A stretch of DNA of 64,000 bases from Thermoanaerobaculia bacterium (GCA_963664405.1 OY761158.1:6400001-6464000); one strand, 5' to 3'. Positions 45,440 to 57,577 are shown, counted from the stretch's first letter. Notes: a model not told the origin generated them from the letters alone. Program-made: numbers and translations.

Positions 45440-46501
45440 GTGATGGCGCGGAGGTTGTGCGTGTTACCGGTACCTCTATTCTTCAGTCCGGCCAACGCGG
45501 AGAGTTGGAGCTACAGTCCGAATGCTGGCGACCTGTTCGTTGCCGCGCGAAGTTGGGCGTCTCGCCATCGGATCTCGCCGTCGGCTGCGGACTCGGTGCA
45601 CACCCTACTTCTTCTTGTCGATCTGCAGAAGGACTTCTGTCTCCCGCAAGGCTCTCTCTATGTCGGCGGCAGGAGCGGCAGAGGGGCAGTGGAGGACAAT
45701 CAGCGCTTGTGCTCGTTTGTCTACCGCAATCTCGCCGATATCAGCGAGACCCTCAGCACGCTCGATAGTCATCTGCCTCATCAGATCTTTTTCCCGTCGT
45801 TCTGGCTCGACGAGGCGGGCGAGCCGGTGCCGGCTCATACGATCGTGAGCGTCCGGGATGTGCGCGAGGGAAAGTTCAGGCCTCGCGAAGAGCTCGCCGC
45901 GTGGCTCGCCGGCGGCGACGAGGGATGGCTGCGGCGCCAGGCGCAGGCCTACTGCGATGAGCTCGAGGCCAGGGGGCGCTACTCGCTCTATCTGTGGCCT
46001 CCTCATTGTCTCGTAGGCAGCGCCGGGCACGGCTTTGCCGGTGTCGTCGAGGAGGCGCGTCTGTTTCATGCCTATGCGCGAGGGGCGGAGGCCGGGCTCG
46101 TGTTCAAAGGGTTGAGTCCGCTGACCGAGCATTATTCCGTGCTGGGGCCGGAGATTCTGCTCGCCCACGACGGGAGTGCTCTCGCCGAGGCGGAGGGAGG
46201 TGTGCTCGACCGTCTTCTTGCTGCCGACCGCTTGGTGGTGGCGGGCCAGGCATCGAGTCACTGTGTCAAGAGCACTCTCGAAGACCTTTTGGCCGCGATA
46301 GAGGAGAGGGGCTCAGCCCTGGCGAGGCGCGTCTACCTTCTGGAGGACTGTATGTCGGCGGTCGTGGTGCCGTCACCGACGGCGGGGGCGGAGCCCCTCG
46401 CCGACTTCAGTGAGCAGGCCGAGGGAGTGCTCGACAGGTGTCGGCAGGCCGGGATGCACGTGGTAGCTTCCACCGATCCTATGGACGCCTGGCCGCAATG
46501 A
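45440..46501 (+). CDS. Nicotinamidase/isochorismatase-like cysteine hydrolase (start uncertain)
   Basis: LLLVDLQKDFC, LDSH, WPPHC, GQASSHCV. Confidence 0.85.
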   Translation: MMARRLCVLPVPLFFSPANAESWSYSPNAGDLFVAARSWASRHRISPSAADSVHTLLLLVDLQKDFCLPQGSLYVGGRSGRGAVEDNQRLCSFVYRNLADISETLSTLDSHLPHQIFFPSFWLDEAGEPVPAHTIVSVRDVREGKFRPREELAAWLAGGDEGWLRRQAQAYCDELEARGRYSLYLWPPHCLVGSAGHGFAGVVEEARLFHAYARGAEAGLVFKGLSPLTEHYSVLGPEILLAHDGSALAEAEGGVLDRLLAADRLVVAGQASSHCVKSTLEDLLAAIEERGSALARRVYLLEDCMSAVVVPSPTAGAEPLADFSEQAEGVLDRCRQAGMHVVASTDPMDAWPQ

Positions 46502-47472
46502 AGCTCAGCGAGATCCTGGCTGAATTGCCCGTCACCGAGGCGCCTCGGGTGGCCTCTGCTCTTGCGCTGATGCGTCGGCAGGCCTTGGCCTCAGCGAGAC
46601 TCCAAGGCCGCGTCGAGGCTCTTCTCAAGGAAGACAGCTCGCCGGTGACGGTGGTCGATCTATTGCATCAGACTCAGGTGCAACAGCTACTTCGACGGGA
46701 GTTCCCCGTCGATGCTCTTCTCTGTGAGGAGCCGCGCTCGCTCCAGGAGCGCGTCTTGGGCGAGGCCGTGGCACTGTCGAGGGAAGAGTACGGGATCGAG
46801 CTCGAAGCCGAGATTGCCGAGCTGCCATCGGCGGGGGAGAGGGTGTGGATCCTCGACCCGATCGACGGTACCAAAGGGTTTGTCGCTGGACGCTACTTCG
46901 CGATCGCGCTGGGCTACTTCCTCGGCTCAGCGCCCTATTTTGGTGCTATGGCAGTTCCCGCGAGTGGGAGCACGGACGCGTTGGCCATCGATCGCAGTCT
47001 GGCCTTCTCGGTATCCGGCGTCGGCGCCTATGTGTGCGGCCTCGATGATCCCGATGAGGGTGGGTGGGAGGTGCTGCGTTTGAAGGAGTCTTCTCAGGCC
47101 GGCCCGATTCGCGTCGCGGTTTCGCTGGCGCATGGCGGTCCGTTGAGCGACCGCGTTCGGGGGAGCTCCGAGCTGGAGGTCGTGGCTCTCGACAGCCAGG
47201 CGAAGTATCTGGCGGTAGCGACAGGCGAGATCGACGCCTACGTTCGGGCAGCGAGGGATGACGGTCAGTCGGATGTGATCTGGGATCATATGCCGGGCGC
47301 GCTGGTGGCAGCCGGCGCAGGCTGCACGGTCCACCACTTCGATGGTGACGACGTCACGTTCGTCGCAGCCGAGACAGTGGCCTTCCGCGGGGGCGTGGTG
47401 TGCTCTCGTGATCGGGTCGACGGCAGTGTCTCGCGTGCGCTCAGGGGCCTGGTCGCTCCCTCGGGAGCCTGA
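46498..47472 (+). CDS. Inositol monophosphatase / 3'(2'),5'-bisphosphate nucleotidase family
   Basis: KEDSSPVT, WILDPIDGTKGF, DSQAKY, IWDH. Confidence 0.88.
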   Translation: MKLSEILAELPVTEAPRVASALALMRRQALASARLQGRVEALLKEDSSPVTVVDLLHQTQVQQLLRREFPVDALLCEEPRSLQERVLGEAVALSREEYGIELEAEIAELPSAGERVWILDPIDGTKGFVAGRYFAIALGYFLGSAPYFGAMAVPASGSTDALAIDRSLAFSVSGVGAYVCGLDDPDEGGWEVLRLKESSQAGPIRVAVSLAHGGPLSDRVRGSSELEVVALDSQAKYLAVATGEIDAYVRAARDDGQSDVIWDHMPGALVAAGAGCTVHHFDGDDVTFVAAETVAFRGGVVCSRDRVDGSVSRALRGLVAPSGA

Positions 47473-47702
47473 GGATCGATCGAGGGTGGCTGCCTCCCTG
47501 GCTGGCGTAGGCATTGTGTTCGCAGTATACGGGCGCGAGACTAATATTGTGGACCCTATTATATGTTGATCAAAGTATCAGATTTATCTGATGCCCGGGA
47601 ATTAATGTCCTACTCCCCCTGTTGCTGAGTCTGATTGGGGCCGAGAGAGATGAATGGCCCAACCAGCGAAGAATCAGCACAACTGCAACAGGAGGAATGG
47701 AA

Positions 47703-48152
47703 ATGACAGGAACACATCTCGTACGCAGGCAGCCTCGGGATCTCGAGCACTTCGGCAGCCTCTTTGACCGCGTCTTCAGGGAATCCGCTCTCTCCGGCTG
47801 GGGAGACACTGCCTCTGAGGGTCTCGCGTCCTGGTCGCCGGCTGTGGACGTTTTCGAGGACGACGGGGCATACACCTTTCGCGCCGATCTTCCCGGCCTC
47901 GACAAGAAGGACGTCAATGTGAGCTTCGAGGACAATGTCCTCACCCTCGCTGGAGAGCGGCACTTCGAGGAGAAGGAGGACCAGGGTCAGTATCGTCGCT
48001 TGGAGCGACGCTACGGCAAGTTCACACGCTCTTTCTCACTTCCCGGGCAGATTGAATCATCGAAGGTCGATGCTTCCTTCACGGATGGCGTTCTCGCGGT
48101 GCGAGTACCGAAGACGGAGGCCGCCAAGGCACGCAAGATCAAGATCCAGTAA
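47703..48152 (+). CDS. Hsp20 small heat shock protein
   Basis: PAVDV, DLPG, ERRYGKFTRSF, DGVL; GGAGG RBS. Confidence 0.93.
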   Translation: MTGTHLVRRQPRDLEHFGSLFDRVFRESALSGWGDTASEGLASWSPAVDVFEDDGAYTFRADLPGLDKKDVNVSFEDNVLTLAGERHFEEKEDQGQYRRLERRYGKFTRSFSLPGQIESSKVDASFTDGVLAVRVPKTEAAKARKIKIQ

Positions 48153-48178
48153 TTGGCGGCAAACGCCGTTCCAATCGA

Positions 48179-48212
48179 GGCCCTGCCTTTCTCGAGGCAG
48201 GGCCCTTTTTTT
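48179..48212 (+). terminator. Intrinsic terminator after hsp20
   Basis: GGCCCTGCCT-loop-AGGCAGGGCC followed by a T-run. Confidence 0.85.
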
Positions 48213-48280
48213 GGGTTTGTCGAGCTTGGGCAATTGATGAAGCTCCGAATACGGCGCCGCAAAGCTAGAATAGGTCCGCC

Positions 48281-50338
<2,058 letters not shown>

Positions 50339-50344
50339 TCGGCC

Positions 50345-50586
50345 TAGACCAGCGTTTCCGAAGTTCGAGTCGCATAGCTCGAGGTCATTCTGTTCGCTGG
50401 CTAGGAGCCTGCGAAGCAGGCGAGTAGTTCTCAGGCGGGGATGGGCCGGAGAACGGGCCGCAGGTCCGTTTTCCGGGGCGAGGCGCGCCGACGCAGGCAT
50501 ATTGGGAATCTGTCGAGGAGGTGCAACGCTGCCAGCGGGCAGAAGGGGCCGAGATAAGTGGCGCGAACTTTGGAAACGCTGGTCTA
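50345..50586 (+). repeat. TA-flanked palindromic element, family A long form (adds 240 nt), on the sulfatase stop
   Basis: Same TIRs; carries a -1 and a +1 indel relative to the other copies. Confidence 0.93.
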
Positions 50587-51903
50587 GTTGCCGCCGATGT
50601 AGCCGAGGCTGCGGAGCTGGTCGGTGTCCTCGGGGCTGAGCTCGCCGTGACGTTGCTCGAACTTCGGAAGCTCCTTGTACCAGTCGGAGAGGATACGGCC
50701 GAGCGAAGGGCGCTGCTCCACCGGGGGTTTCTCGAGAGGACTGAGCTCCGCGGCGTCGTTGGTCAGATCGTAGTAGCGAAGCTTGCGACTGCTGAAGTCG
50801 TAGATGGCCTTGAGCTCCTGGGTCTGGGCGCTGATCGCGAGAGGGTGGTTGTAGGTCGAGCGCCCCTTCTTGGTCAGCGCCGTCGCGCGCTCTCCGACCG
50901 AATATCGCAACGGGGCTCGATCCTCGCCCGGTGTCGACCAAGAGCTCGAAAGACTGTGCCCCGAGGCCTCTTCCAGGGGCGGCAGGCCCAACACGTCGAG
51001 GATGGTCGGAGCTACGTCGACGATCGAGGCTGGAGTTGTGATGCGACGACCCTGCGGAATGCCGGGGCCCTTGATGATCAGAGGGATCCTGAGGTTTGGC
51101 CAGTGGGTGTTCTTGCCGTGCCCCCAGTAACCGTGCTCGCCGAAACTCTCGCCATGGTCGCTGAGGAATACGACCACGGTGTTGTCCATATCGAGGTGCT
51201 TGGCTACTCCCTCCAGTAGACGGCCGATCCAGTCATCGGTGAAAGCGACCTCGCTGGCATACCTCCATCGTTTCTCCCAACCGCGCTGTCGCTCTTCTTT
51301 GGGCGGCCGTTCTTTGGCGTGGGGCTTCTTGAGATCAAAGGGGCTGTGCGGCTCGCTGTAGTGAACCCACAGCAGCACGGGCTTGGAGGCGTCCTGCTTC
51401 GCGAGCCAGCGGAGTGCCACTCCGGTTACCGTCTTGGCGTCACGCTCGACCGCTCCGAAGGCGTTGCGCTCGAGGTTGAACTCTTCGTCGAATATCTCGA
51501 AGCCACGCCCCACACCGGAAAGTCGATCTCTCAGAGTCCAGTTGGTGACGAAGGCGCCTGTCGCGTAGCCTCGCTCCGCCAACACTACCGGCAGCACCTC
51601 GACGTCCTGGCGCATCCGCACGCCGTTGCGACGAGCTCCATGACTCGGCGGGTGTAGCGAAGAGAAGAGGGACGCGAAGGAGGGGCCAGTCTTCCCGATC
51701 ACACTGAGAGTGTCGGCGAAGAGAACGCCCTCGTCGCCGATGGCGTCAATATTCGGGCTGATGTCTTCGCTGTATCCGTAGCAGCCGAGAAAGTCAGCTC
51801 GTAGCGTGTCGACTGTCACCAGTAGGAGGTGAGGCTCCTCGGCGGCGACTCCGTCGGCGAAGAACACGGAGATGGCAAGCGAGACAAGAAATAGGCTCCG
51901 CAT
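50584..51903 (-). CDS. Secreted sulfatase-like hydrolase/transferase
   Basis: VTVDTLRAD, SDHGESFGEH, QLRSLGYI; the active-site region reads KTGPSFAS, not C/SxPxR. Confidence 0.88.
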   Translation of the reverse strand: MRSLFLVSLAISVFFADGVAAEEPHLLLVTVDTLRADFLGCYGYSEDISPNIDAIGDEGVLFADTLSVIGKTGPSFASLFSSLHPPSHGARRNGVRMRQDVEVLPVVLAERGYATGAFVTNWTLRDRLSGVGRGFEIFDEEFNLERNAFGAVERDAKTVTGVALRWLAKQDASKPVLLWVHYSEPHSPFDLKKPHAKERPPKEERQRGWEKRWRYASEVAFTDDWIGRLLEGVAKHLDMDNTVVVFLSDHGESFGEHGYWGHGKNTHWPNLRIPLIIKGPGIPQGRRITTPASIVDVAPTILDVLGLPPLEEASGHSLSSSWSTPGEDRAPLRYSVGERATALTKKGRSTYNHPLAISAQTQELKAIYDFSSRKLRYYDLTNDAAELSPLEKPPVEQRPSLGRILSDWYKELPKFEQRHGELSPEDTDQLRSLGYIGGN

Positions 51904-51908
51904 GGCGC

Positions 51909-52862
51909 TCACGCTTTCGACAGAGTCGCACCGAGAGCTTGCGCCTCTTCGACCGTATCGATGTCCCTGGCGATGGAGAGGGCATTCTTCAGAGGCAGGT
52001 AGGTTCGGCGCTGTGGATGACGCTTGCGGTGCCGGCGCCTGACGAACATCTGTCGTAACGCGTCTTCCAGCTCTTCCCGCGTGATGACACCTCGTCGCAG
52101 CCGGTCCGCGGCCCTGACGCCACTTCGCACGACGTCCCAGGTGAGAGTGGGTAGACGCCCCGAGGTGATGTGGAGAAAGTCCTGTCGCACCAGGCTCCAA
52201 AGGACGTGGCGCAGGATGTAGGAGCGTCGATATCGGATCGGCCGGTTCCGCGTGCTATAGGCGAGGTCGAAAAGGCGATAGAGGAAGGCGAGTCGCAGGC
52301 TCGTAGGGTCGACGATGGCGAGGTGCCCGGGAAGGATGCTGCAAGCGGTCTTTCCGGGCTCCGGAACGACGCGGTAGCGCGGCTTCCAGTCGGAGGCGCC
52401 CAGGTTTCCGGTGCCCTCAGTCAAGATCAAGGGGAACCAGAGGTCCAAAGGCACCGCGCTCCAGTAGTCGTCGAGAAGCTCACTGAGCTCGCCCAAGTCG
52501 GGAAGGACGTCGCAGGTGATGAAGGCCACGTGCTGCCCGGGGCATTCGTTTATCACCGTTTCGAGTGCGATCTGGATGTTTTCGCCGAAGCTACGGTCGG
52601 TGTCGATGAGGCGCAGAGGGTTCTCGGCGCGACTGTAGACGGGCGCCGGCCCCGCGACATAAATCGGGCCGAAGGCGCCGCAGCTCTCGAGCCGCTCGAC
52701 CAGGTTGTCGATGAGGTAACGGCCCGCAAGCATTATATCGATCCCCTTGCACCCCGACAGCGGGTGTTTGTCGCGCCCCTGTGGGGGCAGCGACGCTGGT
52801 GTTTTGTCGCTTCCGCCGAGGATAATCAGCGGGATTGCTTGGCGAGAAGGAGAGCCCGACAC
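51909..52862 (-). CDS. Hypothetical protein, nucleotidyltransferase (MobA-like) fold
   Basis: IILGG near the N-terminus, FITCDVLP, ARDIDTVEE. Confidence 0.6.
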   Translation of the reverse strand: MSGSPSRQAIPLIILGGSDKTPASLPPQGRDKHPLSGCKGIDIMLAGRYLIDNLVERLESCGAFGPIYVAGPAPVYSRAENPLRLIDTDRSFGENIQIALETVINECPGQHVAFITCDVLPDLGELSELLDDYWSAVPLDLWFPLILTEGTGNLGASDWKPRYRVVPEPGKTACSILPGHLAIVDPTSLRLAFLYRLFDLAYSTRNRPIRYRRSYILRHVLWSLVRQDFLHITSGRLPTLTWDVVRSGVRAADRLRRGVITREELEDALRQMFVRRRHRKRHPQRRTYLPLKNALSIARDIDTVEEAQALGATLSKA

Positions 52863-52994
52863 GGGTATAGTGCTCCGCGCGTGAACATAGCGTCATGTTC
52901 CGCCCGGTGCAACAACTTCTCTGTGCCGGGTCGCGGATTTCTCGGTGGAGCTCGGCTGCTAAGCTCGGCTCGAGCTGTGGAATCCCGAGAGTAG

Positions 52995-54128
52995 GTGCGG
53001 TCGCTGTCTATTCGTTCGATAACGAGCACCGCCGAGCTGAAGCTGGCGTCTGCCGATTGGTCGGAGGAGCCCTGCCTCGGCCTGGATACCGAGTTTGTTC
53101 GTACGCGCACCTTCTACGCGCGCCTCGGCCTGGTGCAGATCGCATCGAGCAGCGGCGTGTATCTACTCGATACTGTCGCAGTAGAGGACATCTCGTCGCT
53201 CGATGGGGTGCTTCAAGTACCGACAACCGAGAGGATTCTCCACTCTTGCGGCGAGGATCTGGGGATCTTCATACAGTGTTTCGGTCACTTGCCGAAATCG
53301 GTCTTCGACACCCAGATCGCGGCAGCATTGGTTGGCCTGGGCTTCTCTCTGAGCTACCAGAATCTCGTCGAGCGCGAGCTGGGAGTGCGATTGGAGAAGG
53401 AAGAGACTCGCTCGAACTGGACTCGTCGTCCCCTATCGTCGGCCCAGCTCGAATACGCGGCGAAGGACGTCGAGCATCTACTTGCACTTCACGATCTCCT
53501 GAGTGAGCGCTTGAGTGAGCTTGGTCGCGACGCTTGGGCCGCTGAGGAGTTCGGGCGCCTCTTGGAGCCCGAGCGCTATTCAGTCGAGCCGGCTGATGCG
53601 TGGCGCCGAGTCAAGGGGGCGGGCACTCTCGACTCTAAAGGCTTGGCGACTCTTCAATTGCTGGCCGAGTGGCGTGAAGAGGAGGCCAAACGTCGCGATC
53701 TGGCTCGCCCCTTTGTCGTTCGAGACCGAGCGCTTATGGCTCTGGCTCAGCGCCGCCCGCAGCGCATGGACCAGCTGCGACAGGTTTCCGAGTTGGAGGC
53801 GCCGGATCGCCGGCGGCATGCCCGGGCGCTCTTGGACCGCATTGAGGCTGCGAGCCGGATCGCGGTCGGTGATCTTCCTCGGCGTGAGCGTCGGCCGCCG
53901 CGGGTTCCCGGTATGACCGACCTGGTCAAGGGACTGCAGGAGCTCGTGGCCGGTATTGGTAAGGACATGGCCGTTGCCCCAGAGCTGCTCGCCCAACGGC
54001 GGGTACTCGTTCGTCTGGTGCAGGATTATCTCGGTCTCCGCTCGCGGGAGCTCCCGAAGGAGCTTCTCGGATGGAGACGCGAGGTTGTAGGGCTGCCTTG
54101 CCTTTCCTATCTCGACTCTCACTCCTAA
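52995..54128 (+). CDS. rnd: Ribonuclease D
   Basis: DTEFVRTRTFY, FDTQIAA, SNWTRRPL...YAAKDV, HRDC domain. Confidence 0.94.
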   Translation: MRSLSIRSITSTAELKLASADWSEEPCLGLDTEFVRTRTFYARLGLVQIASSSGVYLLDTVAVEDISSLDGVLQVPTTERILHSCGEDLGIFIQCFGHLPKSVFDTQIAAALVGLGFSLSYQNLVERELGVRLEKEETRSNWTRRPLSSAQLEYAAKDVEHLLALHDLLSERLSELGRDAWAAEEFGRLLEPERYSVEPADAWRRVKGAGTLDSKGLATLQLLAEWREEEAKRRDLARPFVVRDRALMALAQRRPQRMDQLRQVSELEAPDRRRHARALLDRIEAASRIAVGDLPRRERRPPRVPGMTDLVKGLQELVAGIGKDMAVAPELLAQRRVLVRLVQDYLGLRSRELPKELLGWRREVVGLPCLSYLDSHS

Positions 54129-54213
54129 GAGGTCGTCGCGAGTCGCTGAGCGGACCGGGCTGGCCCGATGCTTGCAAAAAGGCCAGAAGGACAGAGTGTT
54201 GGGGCGACCGTAA

Positions 54214-55623
54214 ATGGCCTGTTACGAACGAGCTATGCCAAATTGGCGCACGTGGGGCGTGGTTTCCGTCGCCTGCATGGCCGTCCTAGTCTGTTCGTCC
54301 CTCCATGCTTCGGACGCTGAGATCGCTCGATTGCTTCAGGAAGCGGGTCTGCGACCCGTCGAGCCACCCAGTGCCGCCGAGGATGTCGCGCTGCCGGATT
54401 TGAGTGGCGCAGTCGTCTCACTCTCCGAGTTTTCAGGCTCTTGGCTCCTTTTGACCTTCTGGGCGACGTGGTGCGGTCCCTGCGTCCACGAGATGCCGAG
54501 TCTCGAGGCGCTGCACCGGGAGTTGAGCGGGGAGGGCTTTCTTGTCGTCGGTGTTTCTGTTGACTCGCCAGGTGCTCCTGTTGGGGAGTTTGCCGAGCGG
54601 CATCAGCTCAGCTTTCCGCTGCTTTTGGATCAGGGCAAGACCGCAGCGCAGCTCTACCATGCCAGCAGCATTCCGTTGAGCTACCTGATCGATCCCGCGG
54701 GGCGAATCGTCGGTGTGTCCTTGGGCGCTCGCGACTGGCGTCGCGATCAAGGGCTCCTCGAGGCGGTGATGGAGGCGGGAGCGAGCCGCTCCGTTGAGTT
54801 GGCCTGGTCGCGACGGGCGGTCCCGGTAGCGTTGCCTGTTTCCCTGGTTCCGCCGACGGCGGAGGTTGCCCTAGGCAAAGCGTCGCCGCAAGTGGGCGAG
54901 ACTTTCCCTCTCGATATTCGAGTTCGCTGGGATGGCGATCTGGAGGACTACATTCTCAAGCCGCCGAAGGTTTTGCTGCCGGACGGCGTCGAGCAGGTCT
55001 CGCTCTCCGGCTCCTCGTCGAGCGAGACGGGTGCGCAGATCGTTACTTACCGAGCCGTGCTTCGAGGACTCGAAGCGGGCGATTACGCTCTGGGTCCAGT
55101 CGAGCTGCGCTACACGCCTCGTTTCGAGCAGAGTCCGGTGAGCGCTCGCGTAGAGGGCCCGCGAGTGCAGGTCCTTGCTCCAGCCTCGCCTTTTTCCGGA
55201 GTTGGACTTGTGATGACGGGCGCGCTTGGAGCCGTGGTGCTGGTGGCGCTGGTCCTCATCAGACGGCGCCGGCGCGGCGGTGATAACGAGAGTCCAGTCG
55301 ATGAGCTCACCCAACTGCAGGGCGTTCTCGATGGAGCAAAGCGCTCGCGCATGGACGGCGACGCCGCCTCCTGCGTCGAGTCCCTGCTCGAGGTGTGCTC
55401 GACCCTGGGTGAGGAAGACGAGACCTCGGAGGCACTGAGCGCTCAGCTTAGGGAACTGTTGGAGCGGGTTCGTTTCGGAGGCGCTCGCCCCGCAGTCTCC
55501 GAGCTCGACAGATTGGAGCGCCAGGTGGAGCTACGGGTGCGATCGTTGAGCCCCCATCCCGAGGACAAGAGGCTGGAGCGAGTTCGCTATGTCGCCGATG
55601 AGGCTGAGCTTTCGGGTCGTTAA
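54214..55623 (+). CDS. TlpA-like thiol-disulfide oxidoreductase fused to a BatD-like domain and a TM helix
   Basis: FWATWCGPCVHEMPSL followed by a beta-rich domain and a TM helix before RRRRR. Confidence 0.8.
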   Translation: MACYERAMPNWRTWGVVSVACMAVLVCSSLHASDAEIARLLQEAGLRPVEPPSAAEDVALPDLSGAVVSLSEFSGSWLLLTFWATWCGPCVHEMPSLEALHRELSGEGFLVVGVSVDSPGAPVGEFAERHQLSFPLLLDQGKTAAQLYHASSIPLSYLIDPAGRIVGVSLGARDWRRDQGLLEAVMEAGASRSVELAWSRRAVPVALPVSLVPPTAEVALGKASPQVGETFPLDIRVRWDGDLEDYILKPPKVLLPDGVEQVSLSGSSSSETGAQIVTYRAVLRGLEAGDYALGPVELRYTPRFEQSPVSARVEGPRVQVLAPASPFSGVGLVMTGALGAVVLVALVLIRRRRRGGDNESPVDELTQLQGVLDGAKRSRMDGDAASCVESLLEVCSTLGEEDETSEALSAQLRELLERVRFGGARPAVSELDRLERQVELRVRSLSPHPEDKRLERVRYVADEAELSGR

Positions 55624-55652
55624 TTTCGCAGAGTGAACAGAGGGAGAGTGTA

Positions 55653-56642
55653 ATGAGTATGGTGGCCGAAGACCTCCAGGTCGAGATTGAAGAACAGAGC
55701 AAAGTGCTCGGTCGCGTCCGCGACGAAGTTGGCAAAGTAGTGGTGGGCCAGACCGAGATGATAGATCGGCTGCTCCTCGGCCTCATCGCTGACGGTCATA
55801 TGCTGATCGAGGGCGTCCCTGGCCTCGCCAAGACCACGGCGATCAAGGCCCTGGCCGATAGCGTCAATGCCGACTTCGCCAGAATTCAGTTTACCCCTGA
55901 CCTGTTGCCGGCCGATCTAATCGGCACCCAGATCTACCGTCCGGGGGAACGCCGCTTCGAGGTCAAGCAGGGCCCGGTGTTCACTAATCTTCTGCTCGCC
56001 GACGAGATCAATCGAGCCCCCGCAAAGGTCCAGAGTGCACTGCTGGAGGCGATGCAGGAGCGGCAGGTCACGATCGGCGACCAGACCTTGGAGCTCCCCG
56101 ATCCATTCCTGGTTCTCGCCACCCAGAATCCGATCGAGCACGAAGGCACCTATCCGCTACCGGAGGCCCAGGTTGACCGCTTCATGCTCAAGGTAAGGGT
56201 CGGCTACCCCAACAAAGTCGAGGAAAAGGAGATCATGCGGCGGATGGCGGCACGCCACGTCCCCGAGATCTCGAAGGTGGTGACGCCTGAGCAGATCCGG
56301 AGGATTCGCGACGTGGCCGACCAGGTGTACCTGGACGCCAAGGTCGAGGACTACATCGTCGATGTCGTCTTCGCTACCCGTGAGCCTGCTGCGTATCGGC
56401 TCGATCGTCTCGAGAAGCTGATCGAGTACGGCGCTTCTCCACGAGCAACGATCTTCTTGGCGCAGGCCGCCAAGGTCTACGCCTTCATGTCCGGGCGCCC
56501 TTACGTGACGCCGCAGGACGTGAAGACGATTGGCGCGGACGTTCTTCGGCACCGGCTGCTGATCTCTTACGAGGCCGAGGCCCAGGACTTGAGCTCCGAC
56601 GACCTCGTGCAAGAGATCTTCAACACCATCGACGTGCCGTGA
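55653..56642 (+). CDS. moxR: MoxR-family AAA+ ATPase
   Basis: GVPGLAKT, RIQFTPDLLPAD, DEINRAPAKVQSALLEAM, GASPRA. Confidence 0.96.
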   Translation: MSMVAEDLQVEIEEQSKVLGRVRDEVGKVVVGQTEMIDRLLLGLIADGHMLIEGVPGLAKTTAIKALADSVNADFARIQFTPDLLPADLIGTQIYRPGERRFEVKQGPVFTNLLLADEINRAPAKVQSALLEAMQERQVTIGDQTLELPDPFLVLATQNPIEHEGTYPLPEAQVDRFMLKVRVGYPNKVEEKEIMRRMAARHVPEISKVVTPEQIRRIRDVADQVYLDAKVEDYIVDVVFATREPAAYRLDRLEKLIEYGASPRATIFLAQAAKVYAFMSGRPYVTPQDVKTIGADVLRHRLLISYEAEAQDLSSDDLVQEIFNTIDVP

Positions 56643-57577
56643 CGGCAATGTGGACGCGTGCCCCAGAACCGGAGCCGAGCGTCTCGACGACGCTTCCGCC
56701 GGAGCTCTTCGCCAAGATCAAGGCGATCCAGATTCGCACTCAGCGACTGGTGACCGACGTCCTGGCAGGGGAGTACGAGAGTGCCTTCAAGGGGCGAGGG
56801 ATGGAGTTCGAAGAAGTGAGGGAGTATCAGCCGGGAGACGACGTCCGTCACATCGATTGGAACGTCACCGCGCGCATGGACCGTCCTTTCGTGAAGGAGC
56901 ATCGTGAGGAGCGAGAGCTGACCGTGATGCTGCTCGTCGACGTCAGCTCGTCCGGCCACTTCGGGACCGCGGAGAAGCTCAAGAGCGAGGTGACGGCGGA
57001 AGTGGCTGCGATCCTCGCCTACACCGCGATCAAGAGCAACGACCGAGTGGGCCTGATTGTATTTTCGGACCACATCGAGCTGTTCATACCTCCTAAGAAG
57101 GGCCGCGGTCACGTTTGGCGCGTGATTCGGGAGATCCTGAATTTTCGTCCCAGCCGTCGTCGCACCGATCTCGAGGGAGCGCTCGAGTACCTCGGCAAAG
57201 TCGCTCCGCGGCGTGTCGTGGCCTTCCTGCTCTCGGACTTTCTCGACGAAGGTTTCTCCGACCAGCTGCGGGTCGCCGCCAAGCGCCACGACCTGACAGC
57301 TGTCTCTGTCGCCGACAGGCGAGAGTCGGAGCTGACGCGAGTCGGTCTTATCGAACTGCAAGACGCCGAGACCGGAGAGATCCTGTTGGTGGACACCTAC
57401 GATCGTCGCCTGACCGGAGACTTCAGCGCGTTGGCCAAGGCCGACCGCCAGCGCCGCAGCGAGTTGTTTCGCTCCTGTGGCATGGGGGAGATCGACGTTT
57501 GGACGGACGAGCCCTACATCGACGCGATCGTGCGCTACTTCCGCGCCAGGGAGAGCCGGAGGTCGAGATGGAACTGA
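56639..57577 (+). CDS. DUF58 domain protein
   Basis: GRGMEFEEVREYQPGDDVRHIDWNVTAR. Confidence 0.93.
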   Translation: MTAMWTRAPEPEPSVSTTLPPELFAKIKAIQIRTQRLVTDVLAGEYESAFKGRGMEFEEVREYQPGDDVRHIDWNVTARMDRPFVKEHREERELTVMLLVDVSSSGHFGTAEKLKSEVTAEVAAILAYTAIKSNDRVGLIVFSDHIELFIPPKKGRGHVWRVIREILNFRPSRRRTDLEGALEYLGKVAPRRVVAFLLSDFLDEGFSDQLRVAAKRHDLTAVSVADRRESELTRVGLIELQDAETGEILLVDTYDRRLTGDFSALAKADRQRRSELFRSCGMGEIDVWTDEPYIDAIVRYFRARESRRSRWN

